In this document: positions 56,488 through 64,000 of the stretch, piece by piece
Layout: each line of letters begins with the position of its first letter
Position numbering within the stretch: the stretch's first letter is position 1
Assembly (NCBI GenBank): GCA_039805545.1
Contig: JBDLUA010000001.1
Coordinates: forward strand, 566 to 64,565
From: Candidatus Parcubacteria bacterium
Lineage (GTDB): Bacteria > Patescibacteriota > Minisyncoccia > Phycocordibacterales > JAACPR01
Direction of reading: 5' to 3'
Length of the DNA stretch: 64,000 bases
Program-made: the position numbers and the translations under genes
The notes under the pieces: model-generated
What the model was told of the DNA's origin: nothing
Database searches by the model: none
What the model saw: the letters and a program-made list of their open reading frames with translations, nothing else

Positions 56488-58377
56488 CTAATCTTTCCAT
56501 TTTTCAAGTAAGTTTATAGTTTGACTTATTGGCTGATTCTTCTTACTTTTAATTTCACCAACTTTCACAACAACTGGGATTTGAGCCAATAAACCTGCAA
56601 TTATACAAGTCCCTCTAGCAAGATTAGGTATAGAATCAGCAGAAACTTTATCTAAATATGCGATTGTTTTTTCGACCGCAAACAAATCATTATTGTTAAT
56701 TAGTCTATGTAAAAAATAATTATGAAGTTGAGATATAATTGTTGATGATATGTCCGAAGGTCTTTGACTTGAAATAGTTAGAAAAGTATCAAACTTACGA
56801 CCCTCTTTTATAATTTCTTCAAAGGTTTCGAGACGGTAATCTTTCCATTGTTCGCTCTCTCTTTCTGAATTAGAAGACAGTATATTATGCGCTTCATCAA
56901 TAATTAGATGAAGAGAGCTTTCATTGTTCTTGCTTTTCTTTTTTGTATCATAAAGTTCCTTTGATATAAGAAGAGGGAGCATCTTTCTTATGTCGAGATT
57001 CACATCTTTCAGTGAGATCACTGTTAAATTCTTTGTAAATCTAACCCCTCCTTTTACATAGAGAACCTTTTCTAAATCAAGTACTCTTTTTTCCATTCTT
57101 TTGATTAGAGGAGATAAATGTTCCCTATTTGAAAATCCTCTAATCATTTCATCATAATATTTAACGATGATTCTTAATCCAATTTTTTTAATCTCAGATA
57201 AATTTGAAATGTTCAGATCTCTGACCAAACTTATTTGATCATTTATTTTTTCTTTAAATGCAGGCTTATCGCTAAAAATCTTATCATTAGGTGAAGACTG
57301 ACTAGTTTTTAAATAAAAACTGATGTTATCATTTCCTCCTGAAAGATTTTCCTTAAAATAATGTCCCATCTTTCGCAAACTATCATTATTCAGAAAAGAT
57401 GCTAGTTCATATAACAAATCTACCGTAAGAGCCCTATCTGTATTTTTCCCACTTACCGCTGTAGCTTCAATAATTTTTTCTGCAACCAAATTCTTAAAAT
57501 TTTCTTCTGTATTCAATCTAGATTCAATATAGGAATCCTTAATAGCTCTATTTATAAAAGGGATTTGAGTTTTTTCTGTTGCTTCAAGAAAAATGCCCCA
57601 AAAGGAACTATCTTTTAAGGTTTCTTTTTTAATTGGGAATTTGTCTCCTTCTGTCACTAAATCTGTTGAAAGTTTATATATATTTTTATATTTTTTCTCG
57701 ATAATAACATCATCACCAGCATATTCTCCATTAAAATCAATAAAGAAAAATTTTGCTCGATTTTTGAAGTTTGTATTATCTTTAAATTTTTTAAAAAGTT
57801 CTCGATATAATTTTGTAAGTGTGTAGGATTTTCCACTTCCAGTATTACCAAAAATTCCTATATGACTAGCGAACAAACTATTGATTCCTAAATCAATAGT
57901 TTGTCCATCATCATATTCCAATGTTCCTATCGAAATTCTTTCATCTCCTTCTTTAATAAAATTATGTATTTCTTCAAACTCTTCTTTTCTTAGTAAAAAA
58001 CATTTATTATCTATGAGAGGGAGTTCCTTGATCCCCCTGTAAAACACACTATTTTCGATAAAACCAAGAATTTTTATACTAAGAATTCTGTTTATCTTCT
58101 CCTGATTGTTTCGATACTTATTTTTTGAAAAATCCTTATCCTCTGTAATCGATTCTCCTTCAATTTTCCCAATCATTTCAGAAAAACCCTTCTTTATCTT
58201 TATGTACCCACCTACGGAGATGTTTTGAATAAGAGCACCTTTATAGAGAACTGAGGATGTATTTTTACCCTTATCAACTTTTACTTTAATAATTTGTCCT
58301 TCAACAGAAAAAACTACCCCTATTCTAAAAATTGAATTATCAACAATATAAGTATCGGTCGTATTATGGTTATTCAT
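56488..58377 (-). CDS. herA: HerA/FtsK-family ATPase (SIR2-HerA defence)
   Basis: N-terminal barrel, GNTGSGKS, LIIDEAH, EGRKF, SQRPS. Confidence 0.92.
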   Translation of the reverse strand: MNNHNTTDTYIVDNSIFRIGVVFSVEGQIIKVKVDKGKNTSSVLYKGALIQNISVGGYIKIKKGFSEMIGKIEGESITEDKDFSKNKYRNNQEKINRILSIKILGFIENSVFYRGIKELPLIDNKCFLLRKEEFEEIHNFIKEGDERISIGTLEYDDGQTIDLGINSLFASHIGIFGNTGSGKSYTLTKLYRELFKKFKDNTNFKNRAKFFFIDFNGEYAGDDVIIEKKYKNIYKLSTDLVTEGDKFPIKKETLKDSSFWGIFLEATEKTQIPFINRAIKDSYIESRLNTEENFKNLVAEKIIEATAVSGKNTDRALTVDLLYELASFLNNDSLRKMGHYFKENLSGGNDNISFYLKTSQSSPNDKIFSDKPAFKEKINDQISLVRDLNISNLSEIKKIGLRIIVKYYDEMIRGFSNREHLSPLIKRMEKRVLDLEKVLYVKGGVRFTKNLTVISLKDVNLDIRKMLPLLISKELYDTKKKSKNNESSLHLIIDEAHNILSSNSERESEQWKDYRLETFEEIIKEGRKFDTFLTISSQRPSDISSTIISQLHNYFLHRLINNNDLFAVEKTIAYLDKVSADSIPNLARGTCIIAGLLAQIPVVVKVGEIKSKKNQPISQTINLLEKWKD

Positions 58378-59455
58378 CTATTTCAGGTATTAAAGGAGGT
58401 TTTAATGCAAAACACTCATCTCCAGTGATAGTAATTTTCTCAAATATCTCAGTATTCAAAGTCTCAAAGTTATACTTTTTTCCTTCTTCGGGAAGAATAA
58501 TTTTTATATTCTTATTTTTTGCGCTTTCTTCCATTTTTTGATAAATATCACTTTTTGTTTCATGAGCAAAAATATAAACTTTTAATGTTGGATTAGAACC
58601 AGCAACTCTCATAGTTAAATCTCGTATGTGCTCATCCTCAAAGGAAAAACCCATTACGAACAGAACACTGTTTTCCTTTTCTAACTCATTTGAATAAATT
58701 CTTAATAAATCATAATAGTACTGTCCAAGTAAAGTTACTTCGAATTTCTCTTTTGTAGGATTAACGATATTAAGATCCTTGTACTTTTCTTCAAACTGAA
58801 TAGTGTTTTTATAATTTTCAATCTCTTTTACGAGATCAAGATCTTTATCAAGATATATTAGATCTTTATTGTTTCCCTTTGTAAATTTCCAGGTTAAAGA
58901 TCCATGAATTTTTAATATATTAAACACAGGAATTTCAGATGTATTTTCATAATGAAGACTTTTCTTGAAGTAAGATTTTTTAAAATTTCCAAGATCAAAT
59001 ATTGGATTAAATCTACCATTAAACCCATCATTAAATTCAACACCAGTCTCTTCGATTGCCTTTTCTGAGAAAATATCAATATTTGTAGTGAAAATATTAA
59101 CTTGTTTTGTAAGTAAGGAATTTTCTCTCCTCAAAACAATATTGTTCAAGAGTCTGTAAAAGTTTCTGTAATTATCTAGCACAATATCCTTATTTGAATC
59201 CACATCTCCATTTAATATTTTTAAGTTACCCAACATCACAACATCAAAAAATTCTTTTTTCTTCTCCAAAATTTCTTCAGGGGTTTTTGTCTTATCAGAA
59301 AGAAAAACTTCAATTCCATTTAACACATTAAGGAAGGGTCTAGAAAGACCTGAGCCAAACAAGAAGTTAATGTTTGCACTGTCTATTGTTTTTCGGATTT
59401 CTCCGATTAGGGCTGTCTGATTAGGCATAAAAAGATTATGCAATATTTTTTTCAT
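58370..59455 (-). CDS. SIR2-family NADase (SIR2-HerA defence)
   Basis: NFLFGSGLS, FTTNID, LKIHGS, GFSFEDEHI; overlaps herA start by 8 nt. Confidence 0.92.
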   Translation of the reverse strand: MKKILHNLFMPNQTALIGEIRKTIDSANINFLFGSGLSRPFLNVLNGIEVFLSDKTKTPEEILEKKKEFFDVVMLGNLKILNGDVDSNKDIVLDNYRNFYRLLNNIVLRRENSLLTKQVNIFTTNIDIFSEKAIEETGVEFNDGFNGRFNPIFDLGNFKKSYFKKSLHYENTSEIPVFNILKIHGSLTWKFTKGNNKDLIYLDKDLDLVKEIENYKNTIQFEEKYKDLNIVNPTKEKFEVTLLGQYYYDLLRIYSNELEKENSVLFVMGFSFEDEHIRDLTMRVAGSNPTLKVYIFAHETKSDIYQKMEESAKNKNIKIILPEEGKKYNFETLNTEIFEKITITGDECFALKPPLIPEIDE

Positions 59456-59721
59456 TTTTTCAATATGGATATTTGTTTCTAAAACGCCTAAATAAGAATT
59501 CCCTTTTAAAACTAATGTGTTAAAATATGAAAGACAACCGAATATTCCGAAGACCTAACCCTACTAAAGCAATTTACTAGGTATGGTCAAAATCGCGTTC
59601 AACATAAAAAACCCATCATTTAGGGCGTTGAACGCGTTGCATCGGGAAACTGATGTAGGGGTCCTCGGACTCTCCTAGTGGTGGGCTTTTTGTTTACTAC
59701 TAGGACAATTGATTTCATTTT

Positions 59722-60165
59722 ATGAATACAATAAGTACCAAAGGAATACTTGATCACGAAATACTCTCTTTTAAGAACTATCTTAATTATAAGTCAGAAG
59801 CACACAATCAGATATCTTCTAGAATTTTCTGGAAACTCTTCTATAAAAAGTATAAAAAATTTGTGTGGTTCCATGATGGAAAAATATATAAGATAAGTAC
59901 AAGCCCTTTCGAAATGTATGAATTAAATACGGAGAGAGAATCTATATTTTTATCTAGAGAAACCTTAGAAAAACAAACATTCAAAATTACTATTCTACTT
60001 ATACTCTTTATATTGTTTATATTACTAAGAATACCCCAGGATTCTTTATTTGTATTAGAAAAGTATTATCCTTTGAGCATTTGGGGTTTACTATTATTTG
60101 TTTTTATATCTTTTAAAATACCTCGATTGATTTATAAGTTTAGATTTAAGATATTAAAAAAATAA
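59722..60165 (+). CDS. Hypothetical protein with two C-terminal TM helices
   Basis: 147-aa ORF, first of a tightly packed run. Confidence 0.65.
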   Translation: MNTISTKGILDHEILSFKNYLNYKSEAHNQISSRIFWKLFYKKYKKFVWFHDGKIYKISTSPFEMYELNTERESIFLSRETLEKQTFKITILLILFILFILLRIPQDSLFVLEKYYPLSIWGLLLFVFISFKIPRLIYKFRFKILKK

Positions 60166-60166
60166 C

Positions 60167-60514
60167 ATGTCTTCCCTATCCTTTTGCGAGTGCAATAAAT
60201 GTGGGTTCTTAGTAAAAAACTCTTTTGGATTTCCATATCACAAAAATAAAGAGAATAATGAAATAACCTTTCTTACAATTCCTGTTGGTACAGAAGTACA
60301 AAATTCAGGGACGATAACCGGATACAAACACTCACTATATTGCAAAAAGTGTCGGGATTATAAAGATTTATTTTTTGATACTGATCAGAGAGAAAAACCA
60401 TTTGTGTGCCCAACATGTAATGAACCTGGTAACTTCTTAAATCCTCAAGATACATGTCCCCATTGTAATGATGGTGTAATGGAAATAAATGGAAGTTTAC
60501 AAGTATTATTTTAA
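60167..60514 (+). CDS. Zinc-ribbon protein (four CxxC)
   Basis: CNKC, CKKC, CPTC, CPHC. Confidence 0.75.
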   Translation: MSSLSFCECNKCGFLVKNSFGFPYHKNKENNEITFLTIPVGTEVQNSGTITGYKHSLYCKKCRDYKDLFFDTDQREKPFVCPTCNEPGNFLNPQDTCPHCNDGVMEINGSLQVLF

Positions 60515-60518
60515 TTTT

Positions 60519-60842
60519 ATGAAAAAAACAAAAACTCAGAGAAATATAAGTGCAATCATATTTTTACTTTTGCTCTTAGTGATATCAATAAGAAGTAGCT
60601 TTATGCCTCAAGGTTTTGGGTATTTATTAGGTCCCCTGATTCTCACATATCTTTTCTGGTTCTTATTACATAAGTCTGCAAAAATAAAAAAAGATTTGAT
60701 GAGAGTACCACTATTGATATTTTTTTCTCTATGTTTTGGAGTGGTCTTAGCTCAAGTTGTTGGTCTAGATTCTGTATTTGCACTTATCTTCACGGGCATA
60801 ACAATGATTTATATATTTAATAAGAAAGTAAATAATGATTGA
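60519..60842 (+). CDS. Four-TM small membrane protein
   Basis: Hydrophobic segments; probable ATG at 60519. Confidence 0.65.
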   Translation: MKKTKTQRNISAIIFLLLLLVISIRSSFMPQGFGYLLGPLILTYLFWFLLHKSAKIKKDLMRVPLLIFFSLCFGVVLAQVVGLDSVFALIFTGITMIYIFNKKVNND

Positions 60843-61080
60843 GATAATAAAAACATACTTCCTCACCTTCTTTTACTTCATACTTGTATTGCCAAGATTC
60901 TTTCTTGCATTAGCATTACTCGTTACCCCCTACTGGTTAGCAACATTTGCAATAGATTACTTATTTCAAACAAGCGTAGGAGCAATAACTTTAATTCTCT
61001 GGATGTATTTGTTTTTTAAAATGCAGGAAGAAGATCATTGGTACCCAAGACTTATACATAAAGTAGCCCCTTTTCTATAG
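60835..61080 (+). CDS. Small membrane protein
   Basis: 81 aa, hydrophobic, overlaps the previous stop. Confidence 0.6.
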   Translation: MIEIIKTYFLTFFYFILVLPRFFLALALLVTPYWLATFAIDYLFQTSVGAITLILWMYLFFKMQEEDHWYPRLIHKVAPFL

Positions 61081-61084
61081 AGAT

Positions 61085-61630
61085 ATGAAACAAACACAAA
61101 GAACAGAATATTTTGAAGTATTGGGAGAAAGATTTTCAAAGATACACTATCCTGAGCTTTATAGCATGTACAAAATCTCTCCAAAGAATCTTGAGGTTCA
61201 ACTCTCATCTCTTGCAGAAAAGTGGCACAATGGGAGCATTAACTCAGCTTCGCGTTGTTTTGAAAGTGATCTTGAACAACTTACAGGAGCAAATACAAAA
61301 CTTGTTTGGCTACCAGATGAACTAAACAATTTATTTGGACAGGAAGTATATACTTTCAATCTTAAAGACAGGAACTCGTTTTGTGTTCGATCAAGCAAGC
61401 TATATCAGGCAGGTAAAAAACAAGATGATGATATCCAAAAGAAAAATCCCCTCCTAAAAAGAGGAGGTTTTTCTATGTTTGAAAAGCTTCACGCAAAGGC
61501 AGTAATTGATTCTGAAGGTATTTTAGAGGTATCAGACAGATATAAAGATATCTTTTCATACGATAAACCACCCTCTTTTGAAATAATAGATAAGAATTAT
61601 TTCATAGTACACTTTGATCATGAAAACTAA
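61085..61630 (+). CDS. Hypothetical protein with possible degenerate MraZ-like repeats
   Basis: KLVWLPDEL and AVIDSEGILEV..RY segments. Confidence 0.6.
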   Translation: MKQTQRTEYFEVLGERFSKIHYPELYSMYKISPKNLEVQLSSLAEKWHNGSINSASRCFESDLEQLTGANTKLVWLPDELNNLFGQEVYTFNLKDRNSFCVRSSKLYQAGKKQDDDIQKKNPLLKRGGFSMFEKLHAKAVIDSEGILEVSDRYKDIFSYDKPPSFEIIDKNYFIVHFDHEN

Positions 61631-62033
61631 TATTCAACTACCAAAAGAATATGCTGACATTTTTAATAGACCCTTAAATATCATTGAGGGTCCAAATAAT
61701 GCAGTGTTTTTATATACTCATGAACAATTTTCTGCTTTTTTAGAAAAGATATCTGAAAATAAAAACACAGATAGGAATATAGATTATTCAACTTTTAAAA
61801 GATTCAAAGATAGGGGTATCTATACAGGAACAGTTTCAGAAGAAGGTATCTTAAAAATTCCTGTAAATCTACAACTAATACTTAATGATGGAGAACTTAA
61901 TATAAAAAGAGGTCCTTATTGGGTTGAAATTCGCTATATTCACGAATTAAGTTGTCATTGTGATATCTTTATGTGTTCTAAATGTGTACATGGAAATTGC
62001 AAAGACAAGAATTGTAATATGCATAAATTCTAA
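61620..62033 (+). CDS. MraZ/SpoVT-AbrB-like protein with C-terminal Cys/His cluster
   Basis: IQLPKEY, GPNNAVFLYT.EQF, EGILKIP.NL, G..WVEI; tail CHC...CSKC...C...C..H. Confidence 0.6.
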   Translation: MKTNIQLPKEYADIFNRPLNIIEGPNNAVFLYTHEQFSAFLEKISENKNTDRNIDYSTFKRFKDRGIYTGTVSEEGILKIPVNLQLILNDGELNIKRGPYWVEIRYIHELSCHCDIFMCSKCVHGNCKDKNCNMHKF

Positions 62034-63448
62034 GGTGTTTCTTTTATTGCTATCTCAGCTAATTCTTTTAAATTCTCATTAGACCTTATTTCATCTAATG
62101 GAATTTTTAATGACTCAATTTCCTCAATTAAACGTTTTGCTGATTGAATTGATATTTTTTCTTTTAGATAACCAATCATTTCAAAATATTTTTGCTGACA
62201 TAATTTTATACGTAGTTTACTCGATATAATATCACTAAAAATCAAACCTATTGCATAAATAGACTGCCTTGGATTAAAGCCTTTTATAAGATCAAGATAT
62301 ATATCATTGGCAGAATTAGCAACACCATTTCCATTCGTTAAAAAAACTTCAACTAGAGTTGCTATATATTTTTGTTCTATTCCATTTGGTATTTTAGGGG
62401 GATTCCCCAAAACAGACCGCAACCTCTTTGCGGGTAAAACTTCATTATAAAAATTATTAAACTCGCCATGTGCATTTTTGAGCTCTTCAAGTATTGTAGA
62501 AACCTCAACTGTCCTATGAGGATCAGTAATATACTTAAGTCCATCCACTACGGCCAAAAATTCTTTAGCAAACCCTTTTTCTGCAATATTATTATTTGCA
62601 CTGAAATAAGCATGTTTTATACCTAATGACTTTCTTATATTTTCATCAACATAAGGCCACAATAATGGTGCTAAAAGTCTGATATTTTGCCTTACAGGTT
62701 CAGTTGTTTCTCTCTTGTAAAAAATACCAAAAAGACCCTCAGTTAAACGTTGAATAGGTTCTGGTCCCATTGCCGCAAAATGAACTGCAACATCTTTTGC
62801 ATCTTCTTTGCTCATTTCTGTGTTTTTTATATTTTCAAGCAATTTTTGAACTGCAATTGCAGCAGGAGGAATAGGTGTTGAAATTATCTCTCTTAAACAA
62901 TCTTCCGCCATTGATGTAAGCTTCAAGCCTGTTATTTTTAATTGATTAGGATGTGCCGCACTTGCATTATTTCTCATATATTTAATAAGATCTATATTCC
63001 TGTATCCTACTTCTGTTATTAAATCTATTTTAAGAGCACCTTTTAAAAGCTCATCATCAGTTAACTTGGAAATATCATCAATGGTTTTTAAGTCTTTTCT
63101 TTTTTCTGGAGAGGCAGCAATTTCATAAAAGTACTCCAGATCATAGACCTCGATTCTTTTTCTTAATTGAAGAATCGTTTCATCCCAAATATAGTTTAAA
63201 GCCGCATCAAACAAGCCGACACTCACTGCAGCAAAAAATTTAGAAATATAAACAGCTTGAAATTTTTGTTCTGGACTCATTTGAGCAAGTAAAGAACTTG
63301 CATTAGAAAAAAATATGGTTCTTTCTTTAATTGGCACGAATATATCATTGATGGGCAAACCAACACTCTCTAACAGTGACAGAAAATGCCCTTCTTTTGA
63401 TTCAAGCTCTTGATTGTAAGATATTACTTTTTTATTTTCTTTGCTCAT
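62030..63448 (-). CDS. Hypothetical protein with HEPN-like RNxxxxxH motif, candidate defence gene
   Basis: GLFDAALNYIWDE, MRNNASAAHPN. Confidence 0.7.
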   Translation of the reverse strand: MSKENKKVISYNQELESKEGHFLSLLESVGLPINDIFVPIKERTIFFSNASSLLAQMSPEQKFQAVYISKFFAAVSVGLFDAALNYIWDETILQLRKRIEVYDLEYFYEIAASPEKRKDLKTIDDISKLTDDELLKGALKIDLITEVGYRNIDLIKYMRNNASAAHPNQLKITGLKLTSMAEDCLREIISTPIPPAAIAVQKLLENIKNTEMSKEDAKDVAVHFAAMGPEPIQRLTEGLFGIFYKRETTEPVRQNIRLLAPLLWPYVDENIRKSLGIKHAYFSANNNIAEKGFAKEFLAVVDGLKYITDPHRTVEVSTILEELKNAHGEFNNFYNEVLPAKRLRSVLGNPPKIPNGIEQKYIATLVEVFLTNGNGVANSANDIYLDLIKGFNPRQSIYAIGLIFSDIISSKLRIKLCQQKYFEMIGYLKEKISIQSAKRLIEEIESLKIPLDEIRSNENLKELAEIAIKETP

Positions 63449-63703
63449 ATTTTGTTACATTGTAAACAAACATTATCATAAAAATTATCTTGAAGTAAAG
63501 ATAAAAGAAGAAAATCAAACTCTTTATTTAAGAGACTATTATACCCTTTAAATAAAGGTTATTTATACTCTACAAGCGACTTTGATACCCCACGATGGAA
63601 CTCGGACTTAAAACTGAAGATACTAGAGGGTAAAAACTCTTTAAAATTAGCCCTTGCATTATATGGGTTGTTAACATATTAACACTATGCTTATATGTAA
63701 ATA

Positions 63704-64000
63704 ATGAAAACAAAAATAAAAAGCAAAGTATTAAACTTTCTTCAAGATCTAATTAGAAGAGAATCCTTTATTAAGACAATCAAACTCTTAAGAAAAAAAT
63801 ATAAGATTCCTGAAGAAGGTTTTCCTCTAGATAAAAGATATTCTATGGGTGATTTACCTAAAGAAATGAAGAGTTCTAACAAAAATAAAGATTTAAAAAT
63901 ATATCGAAATATTTTTAAAGATATAGAAAAAGAGATAGAAAAAAAATATTACAAAGATAAATTGAGTTTAGGTTCAATAATTGCTTGTCATCTATTTTTT
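63704..64000 (+). CDS. Hypothetical protein, 3' end outside window
   Basis: Open frame MKTKIKSKVLNFLQDLIRRESFIKTIKLLRKKYKIPEEGF... to the window edge. Confidence 0.6.
   Translation, partial: MKTKIKSKVLNFLQDLIRRESFIKTIKLLRKKYKIPEEGFPLDKRYSMGDLPKEMKSSNKNKDLKIYRNIFKDIEKEIEKKYYKDKLSLGSIIACHLFF

Larger units (their letters stand above)
56200..64000. mobile_element. Low-GC genomic/defence island (right end outside window)
   Basis: Lower GC, AGA replaces CGA for Arg, defence genes, att-like left end. Confidence 0.7.

Noticed and set aside
1-64000. CRISPR array
   Set aside because: The palindromic repeats are dispersed, not regularly spaced with unique spacers, and no cas genes are present.
1-64000. 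Alternative genetic code (TGA = Gly/Trp)
   Set aside because: Core genes are intact in code 11, and some (scpB, second mltG) end in TGA.

Overview
Chromosomal window from a small-genome, AT-rich bacterium. Gene content and order point to Patescibacteria/CPR, probably Parcubacteria (inference): short AlaRS, sigma-region-4/HARE-HTH protein, ATP-cone-nuclease fusion, many apparently leaderless genes, no biosynthetic pathways, standard code 11. Bases 1-55,500 are housekeeping: recR, dnaB, five aminoacyl-tRNA synthetases (cysS, gltX, trpS, alaS, leuS), mnmA, ychF, grpE-dnaK-dnaJ, scpAB, cell-wall genes (murG, ftsW, mraY, D,D-carboxypeptidase, two mltG, M23 and S41 peptidases) and the infA-rpsM-rpsK-rpsD-rpoA-rplQ-rplM-rpsI operon, which lacks rpmJ. 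About 15 self-contained promoter-orphan ORF-terminator units are interspersed; several are broken or possibly non-coding. From ~56.2 kb a lower-GC island begins at a degenerate tmRNA/tRNA-3'-like site and carries SIR2-HerA, a HEPN-like gene and unknown genes. The strongest unexplained signals are: (i) a CGTC-tagged palindromic repeat family that forms a ~120-bp composite element and sits in frame inside both cysS and leuS; (ii) a switch to G-rich codons in the last 10-20 codons of many genes; (iii) a dif-like palindrome where gene orientation converges; (iv) several structured non-coding segments. All assignments come from reading motifs by eye; no searches were run.
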